From Lysobacterales bacterium (GTDB lineage: Bacteria; Pseudomonadota; Gammaproteobacteria; Xanthomonadales; SZUA-36): a stretch of DNA of 59,667 nucleotides. Of this stretch, positions 26,978 through 36,162 are shown in pieces. Numbering within the stretch: the first letter of the stretch is position 1; the number at the start of each line of letters is the position of its first letter. The notes under the pieces were generated by a model. The model saw only the letters and a list, made by a program, of their open reading frames with translations. It ran no database searches and was not told the DNA's origin. A program made the translations under genes and the position numbers. The DNA lies in the NCBI GenBank assembly GCA_036447475.1, contig JAZFUZ010000221.1:1-59667 (forward strand), read 5' to 3'.

Positions 26978-28744
26978 ATGACAACAAAATTTATCGTCGC
27001 GTCTGTACTTCCAGCAGTTATTGCCGGGGCCATCGCCACTGCAGCTGCTGCCGGCGATCCAATGGATACAGCTACTATCGATGAACTCGTGCAGCGTGGC
27101 GAGGAGCTGTACATGCGGCCCATCTCCTGTTGGGTCTGTCATGGTGAAAACGGCGAAGGGCGGGTTGGCCCATCCCTGCTCAATGGTCAGACGGCAGCGG
27201 ACATCTATGACCAAATCCAGAGCAACCCGCAAATGGGCATGCTTGAGCGAGAACTGAAGCCGACGGATGAAGACCTGGTCGCGATTGCACTGTACCTGCG
27301 CAAGCTCGCGAACCTACCGATGAATGAGGAGTTGCCCAATGAACTCCACAAGTCCCTGGCCCAAATGAAGGCCCGACAGTCCGCAACGGTAGTTTATCCG
27401 AAATCGGAGCGGGATCTGGCCGTTGAAAAGATCGAGTCCTTTGCAACGGTATTGTCCGGCTGGCAACGTAAGGCCAAACTGGGGAGCCTCGCCAAATCCT
27501 ATAAAGTGCGGGTAGTGCAGACTTTTGCACCGGGTGAGCCGATTTTTAAGCCGGAGAAGGGCAAAACTTATTTTTATGAAAACGTTGGCTATTCCAGCAA
27601 CCCATCACTGAAGCCCGAGGGCTTCGTCAATGCAGCGTCAAGTCAGTTCGTGATCGGTGATGCCCAGAGTATGGAGGTGATTGTCAGCAACGAACTGCCA
27701 GCGTACCTCCGTTCAGCCGTGCATAGCACCATGGTTTCACCGGATGGCAAATGGGTTTATATCGTCAGTTCGAAGGAAGGCGGCATTGATGGCAAGGCGA
27801 CCCTGCGGACCCCGGCCACCGTCATCAAGGCGGATGCGCTCACACTGCAACCGGTAAAGCAGTTCACCATCGGTGGTCGTTTTCACCATGGACAGGTGTT
27901 CCGCGACAAGTACCTTCTGATCGATACCTTTGCACGCGATCCGGATGGCCTGGACGTCATGTTGTTCGACCCTGAGACCGATACGATCCTCGGTGGTGTG
28001 CGCGACGAAGATCTTGGGGGAGCCACCTATACAGCCTGGACCGATGACGAGTTTATTTACGTCCTCATGGAACCTACCGGCTATGCACCTGGTAGCGGCA
28101 CCGGGATGACTGCGATCCGGGACTTTTACCGGGGGAGGCTCACCACGATGCGACCTTTCTGGATCGCCCGCATCGACCCGGAGACCTGGGAAGTGGTGCA
28201 GGAGTATCCCTTCCCGGGTTTCCGCGGCAACTGGATCACCATTGATTCCAAAAAGGAATTCATGTATGTCACAGGAGCCGGCACGTCGAATATCAGCAAG
28301 ATCAACATAAGCACCGGAGAAATTGCCTGGGCCGCAGGTACCGGTATCGGGCCCTATGGCTGCGGTCTCAATGCTGATGAATCTGAGATCTGGATTGCCG
28401 ATAAGGGGGAGGGAACCGGTCATCTCGGACGAACCATTACCGTGCTGGAAACGGCCACCGGGCAGATTCTTGACACCCTGTTTTCCGGTTACAAGGTAGA
28501 TCATGTGCTGCTGTCGCCAAATGGCAAGGAAATGTGGGCGACCAGTAATGGCGAGGGCCGTATCTACGTGTTTGATGCGGTAAGCCGCGAGCAGATCAAG
28601 GTCATCGATATGCCCCAGTTCGGCGATCCACACGGCCTCGTGTGGGTGCATTACGACGAGGATGGCAATGCGCGCGTGATTCGCGATCAGGGTGGTTTCC
28701 ACAATGGCATAAACCCCCACAAGGGCAGGCCGCTGGACTATTAA
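26978..28744 (+). CDS. Secreted mono-heme cytochrome c fused to a beta-propeller domain (cd1-nitrite-reductase-like architecture, function unknown)
   Basis: Signal peptide 'KFIVASVLPAVIAGAIATAAAA', heme site 'CWVCH', and C-terminal propeller-type repeats ('EFMYVTGAGTSNISKINISTGE', 'EMWATSNGEGRIYVFDAVS'). The ATG lies 2 nt after the E2 stop. Confidence 0.7.
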   Translation: MTTKFIVASVLPAVIAGAIATAAAAGDPMDTATIDELVQRGEELYMRPISCWVCHGENGEGRVGPSLLNGQTAADIYDQIQSNPQMGMLERELKPTDEDLVAIALYLRKLANLPMNEELPNELHKSLAQMKARQSATVVYPKSERDLAVEKIESFATVLSGWQRKAKLGSLAKSYKVRVVQTFAPGEPIFKPEKGKTYFYENVGYSSNPSLKPEGFVNAASSQFVIGDAQSMEVIVSNELPAYLRSAVHSTMVSPDGKWVYIVSSKEGGIDGKATLRTPATVIKADALTLQPVKQFTIGGRFHHGQVFRDKYLLIDTFARDPDGLDVMLFDPETDTILGGVRDEDLGGATYTAWTDDEFIYVLMEPTGYAPGSGTGMTAIRDFYRGRLTTMRPFWIARIDPETWEVVQEYPFPGFRGNWITIDSKKEFMYVTGAGTSNISKINISTGEIAWAAGTGIGPYGCGLNADESEIWIADKGEGTGHLGRTITVLETATGQILDTLFSGYKVDHVLLSPNGKEMWATSNGEGRIYVFDAVSREQIKVIDMPQFGDPHGLVWVHYDEDGNARVIRDQGGFHNGINPHKGRPLDY

Positions 28745-28782
28745 GTAGGACCAGCCCACATAGGACCCAAGAGGACTGCAAG

Positions 28783-29028
28783 TCCGACGATGCGCACGAG
28801 GCCTGGAACCCGGAAGGGCTCGCACAGAGAACCATTCGGGCGCTCAAGCAACATGTTCCAGATTTGGGGATCATCACCGATGTGGTGCTCAGGGAGGTCG
28901 CTCTTGATCTGCAGGAAGGCGCTGACATGGTTATGGAATCCCTGACCTGCATCAAGCGTGCTGGAGCTGACGCCATACTCAGTTATTACGCCCTCCAGGC
29001 AGCCGCATGGATCAAGGCTCGGGCTTGA
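28783..29028 (+). pseudogene. Collapsed remnant of porphobilinogen synthase (hemB): three conserved blocks joined in frame
   Basis: 'DDAHEAWNPEGLAQRTIRALKQHVPDLGIITDVVL' + 'REVALDLQEGADMVM' + 'ESLTCIKRAGADAILSYYALQAAAWIKARA*'. These match three separated blocks of remembered Pseudomonas HemB: '[32 protein letters not shown]', 'HEVAADLAEGADMVM' and '[24 protein letters not shown]'. About 250 residues are missing, including active-site regions. Confidence 0.6.
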
Positions 29029-29091
29029 GTTTCGCTGGTGACCGCAGGCGCTAATCTGCAAACGATTGCAGCATTGCAGGGAACAGGGATC

Positions 29092-30780
29092 ATGTTTAAT
29101 TCACGAATTAAAATCACAGCCCGTTTGGTACTTGGAATATGCCTGTTCGCAGCAAGCCTGCTGCCGTCAATCGCCATCGCAGACGAAATTGCATCCCAGC
29201 CTGAATACGATGTGATCTTCGAAAAAAATGTCGCCATCCCGGTTCGGGATGGGACCGTATTGAGGGCGGATGTCTATCGCCCGGATGTTGGCGACAGCGA
29301 GACAAAATTTCCGGTACTGATCAGTCTGAGCCCCTATCAAAAACACATGGACAGAATCCTGCCGCATATCCGGCCTTTTTCCCACGTGGAAAGGCCGGAG
29401 CCTGACTGGTGGACGCCCCGGGGTTACGTGCAGGTGTTTATTGATACGCGCGGTACCGGAGCCTCTCCGGGGAAAGTGGATATCTGGTCCATGCAAGAGA
29501 CCCGTGACTTCTATGACGCCATTGAATGGGCCGCCGTGCAGGAATGGAGCAACGGTAAAATCGGTCTGGTCGGTGTATCTTATTATGCAATCACCCAGTG
29601 GCATGTAGCCGGCCTGCAGCCACCCTCATTGGTCACCATGATCCCATGGGAAGGCTGGTCCGACACCTACCGCGATTCAGTATTTCACGGTGGCATTCTT
29701 AACCAGGCTTTCTATGGTCGTTGGTGGACTGATGTAGTAGGCAAGCAACTGCTGGAAAATACAAGGGCCGACAATTCTGCGGCATTCGATGAAAACCTGA
29801 TGTGGAATTTCATGACCCACCACACCGACAGCGACTGGTGGGATGAAGTCAAAGCCCGCGCCCAATTTGATCAGATCAAAGTGCCGTTTTACAGTTCAGG
29901 AAACTGGGGTGGCTGGAATCACCATCTGCGCGGTAACATCGAAGCCTATGTTCGATCAGCCTCCGAGCACAAGAAACTGCAAGTGCATATTGGCGGACAT
30001 ACGGATGCCTTTTACTCAGATGAAGGCAAAGCGGAAATGTTGCGTTGGTATGACTACTGGCTGAAGGGTAAAGACACCGGCATCATGGATGAACCGCCGG
30101 TCAAACTGTGTGTTCGTGAAAGTGTCGATAAGTGTACCTGGCGGTTTGAAAACGAATGGCCACTGGCAAGAACGCAATACAAGAAATATTACCTGACAAC
30201 CAAAAAAGCCGATGCAGTCGACGATGCGATGCACGACCTGACTTTGTCTGCAGCACCCCCCGGCAAAGCAGAAAAAATTGTCTATCCTGCAGGCCCGGTA
30301 GCCTACGCCCGGGGCGTCAACAAGCAACCTACGGTAACTTTTGTCACGGAGCCCATGGCACAAGACGTTGAAATCACCGGTCATATCAACCTCGTCCTGT
30401 GGGTATCTTCTGAAACCGATGACATGGACATATTTGCTTACTTGCGCAATATGGCACCCGATGGCAGTGTCGAAACGGCTAGCCGTGGGATTCTGAAAGT
30501 TTCACACCGCAAGTTGAACCCAGATCTTTCCAGGCCCGACCGCCCCTGGCATTCGCATGATGAAGAGCAAAAGCTTGAAGCTGGACAAATTGTGCCGATC
30601 GAAGTTGAAATCTGGGCCACCAGCATGATCTTTAAGAAAGGCCATCGCATCCGCCTTGACATTCAACCGAGTGATGGCGGTCATTATTTTGCTGCTTATA
30701 ATCTTGACAACAACACCATCTACACCGGTGGCGATCACGCTTCCTACGTTCTGTTGCCTTTCATTCCGGCTGCGGAGTGA
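29092..30780 (+). CDS. Secreted CocE/NonD-family (S15 X-Pro dipeptidyl-peptidase-like) hydrolase
   Basis: Signal peptide 'ARLVLGICLFAASLLPSIAIA', plus 'VRDGTVLRADVYRP', 'DTRGTGASPG' and the nucleophile elbow 'GLVGVSYYAITQW'. ATG 29092 was preferred over GTG 29038. Confidence 0.8.
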   Translation: MFNSRIKITARLVLGICLFAASLLPSIAIADEIASQPEYDVIFEKNVAIPVRDGTVLRADVYRPDVGDSETKFPVLISLSPYQKHMDRILPHIRPFSHVERPEPDWWTPRGYVQVFIDTRGTGASPGKVDIWSMQETRDFYDAIEWAAVQEWSNGKIGLVGVSYYAITQWHVAGLQPPSLVTMIPWEGWSDTYRDSVFHGGILNQAFYGRWWTDVVGKQLLENTRADNSAAFDENLMWNFMTHHTDSDWWDEVKARAQFDQIKVPFYSSGNWGGWNHHLRGNIEAYVRSASEHKKLQVHIGGHTDAFYSDEGKAEMLRWYDYWLKGKDTGIMDEPPVKLCVRESVDKCTWRFENEWPLARTQYKKYYLTTKKADAVDDAMHDLTLSAAPPGKAEKIVYPAGPVAYARGVNKQPTVTFVTEPMAQDVEITGHINLVLWVSSETDDMDIFAYLRNMAPDGSVETASRGILKVSHRKLNPDLSRPDRPWHSHDEEQKLEAGQIVPIEVEIWATSMIFKKGHRIRLDIQPSDGGHYFAAYNLDNNTIYTGGDHASYVLLPFIPAAE

Positions 30781-30832
30781 TTTGCGAACAGGACGGAACC
30801 CTATGCAATAATAAAATTCCAGGAAATATGAA

Positions 30833-31993
30833 ATGAGTGACAAAACAGTTTCGCGTAGAAATCGGCGGGAATTCCTCAAAAACTCTCTTGCGGGGGGTGC
30901 CGGCATTGCCTTCGTGGGCTGCTCTGTCACGAATGCACTGGCTGACGCGGCGCTGGTAGCGAAAGATCCAAATACCCGGCAGGCCGATTTTCCCCGCCCG
31001 GTAGTGGTTAACGGCAAACGCATGCTGACCATTGACGTCCATGCGCACACCGAGGTGGCAGATGTGTGGCCACTGATCGAAGGCCACGAAGCGCTGGGGG
31101 GAGAAAACCCATACGGTCCAAACCCTCTCAGCAGGGCAACTGACGTATCAGTCCGGATAGCTGATATGGATGCCACTGGTATTGACATTCAAGCGCTGAG
31201 CATCAGTGTAGGTCAGTATTTTCACTGGGCTGACCGTGAGCTCGCGGCAAAAATTATCCGGTTGCAGAACGAAAGACTTGCCGAGGTCTGTGCCTTACAT
31301 CCCGACCGTTTTGTGCCGATTGGTGCAGTTTCTTTACAGCACCCCGATCTGGCAGCATCTCAACTTGTATATGCGGTGACGAAACTGGGCCACCGGGGTG
31401 TAATGATTACCGGAAGCATCGATGGCTTGGAAATAGCCGACCCCCAATTCAACCCATTCTGGGCTAAAGCTGAGGAACTGGATGTCATCGTATTCCTGCA
31501 TCCCCGAGGTTTTCAGGAGGGAGGAAAGCGGTTCCAGGGCAATGGCCGTCTGGGTAATATCATTGGCAATCCACTCGAAACCACGGTTGCGCTCTCGCAC
31601 CTTATCTTCGAAGGCACGCTGGATCGCTACCCGGGATTGAAACTTGTCGCGGCACATGGCGGAGGCTTCCTACCGGCCTATATCGGGCGATCCGACCATT
31701 GTCATTCCAGCAATGACCGGGGTTGCCGGGGCGAAGAGCAGAAGAAACCCAGTGACTATCTGAAGCAGATCTATTTTGACTCACTGGTCTACAACACACA
31801 GAACCTGAAACATCTGATCGATGAAGCAGGCGTCAGCCAGCTGGTGCTGGGTACAGATTACCCCTATGGGATGGAGAACCGTAATTCGGTCGCGCATGTT
31901 TTGAGCGTCCCAGGTCTTAATAACGAGGAAAGAGAAGCCATTCTGGGAGCTACGCTGTCCAGACTCTTGAAATTGGATCACAGTCGCACTTAG
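30833..31993 (+). CDS. Amidohydrolase-2 (ACMSD-like metal-dependent hydrolase/decarboxylase) with twin-arginine signal
   Basis: Tat motif 'SRRNRREFLKNSLAGGAGIAFVG'. Metal ligand motifs are 'IDVHAHTE', 'VAAHGGGFLP' and 'LGTDYPY'. Confidence 0.75.
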   Translation: MSDKTVSRRNRREFLKNSLAGGAGIAFVGCSVTNALADAALVAKDPNTRQADFPRPVVVNGKRMLTIDVHAHTEVADVWPLIEGHEALGGENPYGPNPLSRATDVSVRIADMDATGIDIQALSISVGQYFHWADRELAAKIIRLQNERLAEVCALHPDRFVPIGAVSLQHPDLAASQLVYAVTKLGHRGVMITGSIDGLEIADPQFNPFWAKAEELDVIVFLHPRGFQEGGKRFQGNGRLGNIIGNPLETTVALSHLIFEGTLDRYPGLKLVAAHGGGFLPAYIGRSDHCHSSNDRGCRGEEQKKPSDYLKQIYFDSLVYNTQNLKHLIDEAGVSQLVLGTDYPYGMENRNSVAHVLSVPGLNNEEREAILGATLSRLLKLDHSRT

Positions 31994-32055
31994 GTCTGTA
32001 TGGTTCTTCATCCAACCGCTGTAAGTCGCCAGTGGCGTTACAATTTTCGGCAGTT

Positions 32056-32826
32056 TCAGTTTACATCGACAGCGTAAACGAGGTCCTGTGTATTGCAGCG
32101 GCTGACACGCCATTCAACCAACCGGCCGTCCAGCGCAACGGCGATGCGGTCAATTTGTAACAACGGGGCCCCGGCGTTCAGACCCAGTGCCTTTGCATCG
32201 CTTTTGTTGGCAGATATCGCGCGCAACTCTTCCTTTGCAATCGCGATGCTGACCTTGTATTCACTCTGATACAAAGAGTACAGCGTGTTGGGAAGTGTTT
32301 TCTGGCGATCAATGTCAGGGAACATTTTGAGTGGCAAAATAATCTTCTCGACTATCCGGGGGTTACCGTCAACCTGACGCGTACGCCGGATCTCTACAAT
32401 CTGATCGTCTTTTCCCAGCTGAAGTTTTGACCGTTCCGTGCGGTTGGCCGGCCGGCGTTTGGCACTTTCACGGCCCAGTTGGGGAATAATCCGGTCGCAT
32501 TTCGGAGCAGGCTTTGCCAGGCGAAAAAATCGGAATAATGTATGTTCCTGCGTGTGCTCAGCAACATAACTGCCCTTCCCCTGTCGCCTCAGTATCAGAT
32601 TTTCCGTTGCCAGCGCATCCATTGCTTTGCGCACCGTGCCCTGACTCACACCTAATTCCTGAGCCAGGGACTGTTCGCTTGGCAACGCCTGTGCCGGACG
32701 CCAGATACCCTCTGCGATACGTTGCACCAGAACGGTGTAAACCTGCTTGTAGAGCGGTTGGAAATCAGGGATTGAGGACAAAATTTTTTCTGCTTCCTTG
32801 CGCCGGAACATCGCGCTGCCAAGCAT
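32056..32826 (-). CDS. GntR-family transcriptional regulator (HutC/UTRA subfamily)
   Basis: 256 aa with the winged HTH 'LPSEQSLAQELGVSQGTVRKAMDALATENLILRRQGKGSYV', followed by a UTRA-like C-terminal domain. Confidence 0.85.
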   Translation of the reverse strand: MLGSAMFRRKEAEKILSSIPDFQPLYKQVYTVLVQRIAEGIWRPAQALPSEQSLAQELGVSQGTVRKAMDALATENLILRRQGKGSYVAEHTQEHTLFRFFRLAKPAPKCDRIIPQLGRESAKRRPANRTERSKLQLGKDDQIVEIRRTRQVDGNPRIVEKIILPLKMFPDIDRQKTLPNTLYSLYQSEYKVSIAIAKEELRAISANKSDAKALGLNAGAPLLQIDRIAVALDGRLVEWRVSRCNTQDLVYAVDVN

Positions 32827-32850
32827 TGCTCAAATAATCAATATATCGTA

Positions 32851-32862
32851 TCTTATATAAGA
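32851..32862. promoter_or_regulatory. Candidate GntR operator (TCTTATATAAGA palindrome) in the divergent promoter region
   Basis: A perfect 12-bp palindrome, extendable to the imperfect 18-mer GTATCTTATATAAGACAT. It lies between the gntR start (32826) and the SAF-domain gene start (32938). Confidence 0.3.
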
Positions 32863-32937
32863 CATAAAAACTATCGCGAAGTTTCGGTGTTGCACCGACG
32901 CCGGAGGCTTCGCGTAATTATGATGAGGATCTGATAG

Positions 32938-33225
32938 ATGGCCATTCCACAACTTTTGGTGCACAACAAAACCGACAACGTCGGCGTTGTCGTGGTTGAA
33001 AATCTCAAAGCAGGTGATGAAATGCTCTGCATCGTCACGGAAGACAATTCTGACTTCACGCTGGCGGTCGGGCAGGATGTGCCCATCGGCCATAAAGTCG
33101 CACTGGCTGACCTCAAAGAGGGTGACACGATCATCAAGTATGGAGAAGATATTGGCCGCGTTATCGCAGCAATCTCCGCCGGTGATCATGTTCATGTCCA
33201 CAACATAAAAACCAAGCGCTGGTAA
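32938..33225 (+). CDS. UxaA-family lyase small subunit (SAF domain; SuyA-like)
   Basis: 95 aa. '[21 protein letters not shown]' and '[24 protein letters not shown]...[11 protein letters not shown]' are typical of the SAF N-terminal domain of altronate/galactarate dehydratases and sulfolactate sulfo-lyase alpha. Confidence 0.75.
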   Translation: MAIPQLLVHNKTDNVGVVVVENLKAGDEMLCIVTEDNSDFTLAVGQDVPIGHKVALADLKEGDTIIKYGEDIGRVIAAISAGDHVHVHNIKTKRW

Positions 33226-33239
33226 GGGAGTATTTGACC

Positions 33240-34412
33240 ATGTCTACACAAGATACTTTCATGGGTTATCGGCGCGAAAACGGTCGCGTCGGCATACGCA
33301 ACTTTGTCGTAATCCTGCCACTGGATGACATATCGAACGCAGCCTGCGAGGCAGTCGCTAACAACATCCAGGGCACCATTGCCCTACCCCATGCCTACGG
33401 CCGCCTGCAATTCGGCGAGGATCTGGATCTGCATTTCCGTACCATGATCGGAACCGGATCCAATCCCAATGTCGCAGCTTGTGTCGTTATCGGCATCGAA
33501 CCGATCTGGACCCAAAAAGTGGTGGATGGAATCGCCGCAACAGGTAAACCGGTGTTTGGTTTTGCCATTGAAAAAAATGGTGACATCAACACCATCGCTA
33601 AAGCTTCACGCAAAGCAAAGGATCTGGTGCACTGGGCTACTGAGCTTCAACGCGAACCATGCGACATCGCTGACCTCTGGGTTTCTACCAAATGCGGTGA
33701 GTCTGATACCACCTCAGGTATCGGTTCCAACCCTACCGTCGGAAATATGTATGACAAGCTGATTCCAAAAGGTATTTGTGGCGTATTCGGTGAGACTTCG
33801 GAAATCACTGGCGCAGAACATCTGTGCGTAAAACGGGCTGCAACACCGGAAATCGGTGAAAAATTCATGAGCACCTTCCAGGCCTACCAAGATGATGTGA
33901 TCGAAGCCCACAAGACCACTGATCTATCCGATAGCCAGCCGACCAAAGGAAACATTGAGGGAGGACTTTCCACGATTGAAGAGAAAGCTTTCGGTAATCT
34001 GGAAAAAATCGGCCACCACGTTTCATACATTGATGTACTCGGTCCGGCTGAAGAACCTACCAAAGGACCGGGGCTCTATTTTATGGATTCATCATCTGCG
34101 GCAGCCGAATGTGTCACTCTGATGGCAGCTGCAGGCTTCGTCGTTCATGCATTTCCAACCGGTCAGGGAAACATCATTGGTAACCCCATCCTGCCTGTTA
34201 TCAAGCTGACTGCGAACCCACGTACCATGCGCACCATGTCTGAACATATAGATGTTGATGTAACGGGAATCCTCACCCGTGAACTCACCATAAGCCAGGC
34301 AGGTGACAAACTGATTGAAATGGTGGTTAAGACGTCTAACGGTCGAATGACTGCTGCTGAAGCGCTGGGTCACAAAGAATTCGTCATGACCAAGCTTTAT
34401 CGCAGCGCATAA
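33240..34412 (+). CDS. UxaA-family lyase large subunit (SuyB-like / altronate dehydratase C-terminal domain)
   Basis: 390 aa with '[20 protein letters not shown]', '[12 protein letters not shown]' and '[18 protein letters not shown]', matching the UxaA C-terminal family. Confidence 0.8.
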   Translation: MSTQDTFMGYRRENGRVGIRNFVVILPLDDISNAACEAVANNIQGTIALPHAYGRLQFGEDLDLHFRTMIGTGSNPNVAACVVIGIEPIWTQKVVDGIAATGKPVFGFAIEKNGDINTIAKASRKAKDLVHWATELQREPCDIADLWVSTKCGESDTTSGIGSNPTVGNMYDKLIPKGICGVFGETSEITGAEHLCVKRAATPEIGEKFMSTFQAYQDDVIEAHKTTDLSDSQPTKGNIEGGLSTIEEKAFGNLEKIGHHVSYIDVLGPAEEPTKGPGLYFMDSSSAAAECVTLMAAAGFVVHAFPTGQGNIIGNPILPVIKLTANPRTMRTMSEHIDVDVTGILTRELTISQAGDKLIEMVVKTSNGRMTAAEALGHKEFVMTKLYRSA

Positions 34413-34514
34413 TTGTGGTGATTAACATGGAGAAGGATCAAGTATGGACAAATAGAATCCGGCTGATAAAGTAGCGGTGCCTAAAATAAATACTTGGGAG
34501 TAGTGTTTCAGACC

Positions 34515-35543
34515 ATGAAAAATAGAGACTTCAAACATTTTCAGCCAAGGCCTGGCTTGCTCATTCCGTTGGCGCTGATTTTTCAACTCGTGCTGACAGC
34601 CTGCGCTCCGGATGATCAGGAGAAAACCTTCGTGATCAAATTTCCGCATGTCACTGCCCCTGCTACGCCCAAAGGCCAGGGTGCTGAGCGGTTGCGCCAA
34701 TTGGTGGACGAACGCCTGGGCGGGCGTGTGAAGGTGGAAGTCTATCCATCCAGTCAATTGATGAATGACGATGACTCTCTGGAAGCGCTGGCATTTGGTG
34801 AAATACAAATGATCGCAGTGTCGCTGTCGAAGTTTGACCGTCTGACCTCGCGCTTCCAGGTTTTTGATTTACCGTTCCTGTTTACCGATTTGCAAGCGGT
34901 GGAAAATTTTCAGCGTAGCGAAACCGGTCGGAAATTACTTCACACGATTGAAGACAAGGGTTTTCTTGGCCTGGGATTCTGGCACAACGGCATGAAGCAA
35001 TTTGGTGGTCCGGTTCCTTTGAACAATCCGGCGGATGCAGCAGGCTTGAAATTCCGCATCATGGTTTCCGACGTCCTGCAGGCGCAAATTCTGGCGATGG
35101 ACGCGGTACCGCAAAAAATGGCCTTTAGCGAAGTTTATCAGGCCCTGCAATCCGGTGCCATCGATGCGCAGGAAAACACCTGGTCAAATATCTGGTCGCA
35201 GAAATTCTTTGAGGTTCAACCCTATATCACCGAGAGCAACCATGGCTACCTCGGTTATTTTGTAGCGGTTAACACGCAGTTCTGGAAAAGTCTGCCGGAT
35301 GATATCCGTGCTGAACTGGAGGCCATCGTGGCTGAAGTGACCGCTGAAGTGAATGCCCGTGCTCACGCAATTAACCTGGAACACCGCGACATGGTACTGG
35401 CAACGGGCAAGTCGACTCTGGTCGAATTGAATCAGGATGACCTTGAAAACTGGCGGGCGGTGATGCGTCCGGTGTGGGACCAGTTCGCTGATGAAATCGG
35501 TGATGACGTGATGCAGGCAACTGCAGCCAGCAAAGCTCATTGA
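34515..35543 (+). CDS. TRAP-transporter substrate-binding protein (DctP family)
   Basis: Lipobox 'LVLTAC', plus DctP-family motifs 'RFQVFDLPFLF' and 'GAIDAQENTWSN'. It is followed by the DctQ and DctM genes. Confidence 0.85.
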   Translation: MKNRDFKHFQPRPGLLIPLALIFQLVLTACAPDDQEKTFVIKFPHVTAPATPKGQGAERLRQLVDERLGGRVKVEVYPSSQLMNDDDSLEALAFGEIQMIAVSLSKFDRLTSRFQVFDLPFLFTDLQAVENFQRSETGRKLLHTIEDKGFLGLGFWHNGMKQFGGPVPLNNPADAAGLKFRIMVSDVLQAQILAMDAVPQKMAFSEVYQALQSGAIDAQENTWSNIWSQKFFEVQPYITESNHGYLGYFVAVNTQFWKSLPDDIRAELEAIVAEVTAEVNARAHAINLEHRDMVLATGKSTLVELNQDDLENWRAVMRPVWDQFADEIGDDVMQATAASKAH

Positions 35544-35547
35544 ATAA

Positions 35548-36162
35548 ATGCATCCAAAACCCGTTGCATCGGGTAGATCAGCATTGAAGCGTATTCAAAA
35601 TATCGTTAATCGGCTGGAAGAGGTCCTGATGGCCACTTTCTTGGCGGTCATGACCATACTAACCTCTTTGCAGGTGTTATTGCGCTATGGCTTTAATACC
35701 GGTTTGATCTGGTCGCTGGAGGCAACGACTTACTGTTTTGCCTGGTTGGTTTTGATCGGGATGTCGTATTGCGTACGGACACGCGCACACATTGCTCTGG
35801 ACCTGCTGGTCAAACGTTTCAATGATCGCATACGCCGGCTGATTGGCCTGCTGGCGATCATGGTGTGCCTGAGCTATTCGCTGATGATGTTTTATGGCTC
35901 CAGCGTGCTTGTGCAGCGCTTGTACACGCTGGGTAACGAAGCCCGAGACCTGCCTTTTACACGCTGGATATTGAGCATCATTCTCCCCATTGGTTTCGGC
36001 TTGCTGACCCTGCGCTTCCTACAGCTGGGCCTGGGTATCTGGCGCGGCGAGATGAAAGGGCTTGGCCTGATCGAAAACGACCCTGCCAAATTCGAGATGG
36101 ATTTAACGTTGCCGGCGGGTATTGCCCAGGCGGATAAAAAATCCAGGGATACAGAGGAATGA
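35548..36162 (+). CDS. TRAP-transporter small permease (DctQ family)
   Basis: 204 aa with about 4 TM helices. It sits between the DctP and DctM genes and overlaps dctM by 4 nt (ATGA). Confidence 0.8.
   Translation: MHPKPVASGRSALKRIQNIVNRLEEVLMATFLAVMTILTSLQVLLRYGFNTGLIWSLEATTYCFAWLVLIGMSYCVRTRAHIALDLLVKRFNDRIRRLIGLLAIMVCLSYSLMMFYGSSVLVQRLYTLGNEARDLPFTRWILSIILPIGFGLLTLRFLQLGLGIWRGEMKGLGLIENDPAKFEMDLTLPAGIAQADKKSRDTEE

Noticed and set aside
27737-28825. A 362-aa ORF on the minus strand, the longest unexplained ORF in the track
   Set aside because: It is fully antisense to the cytochrome c-propeller gene, which has a signal peptide, a CXXCH site and coupling to E2. Its translation is Arg/Gly/Pro-rich with no motif, the typical shadow ORF of GC-rich coding DNA.
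28825-28836. CAGAGAACCATT inside the hemB remnant, resembling the REP-element terminus
   Set aside because: There is no inverted partner nearby, and it encodes the conserved HemB 'AQRTIRA' segment in frame. It is most likely coincidental.
28642-29028. A 128-aa ORF that could be called a small CDS
   Set aside because: Its only recognisable content is three disconnected HemB blocks. The upstream part overlaps the end of the propeller gene in another frame. I treat it as a pseudogene remnant rather than a functional gene.
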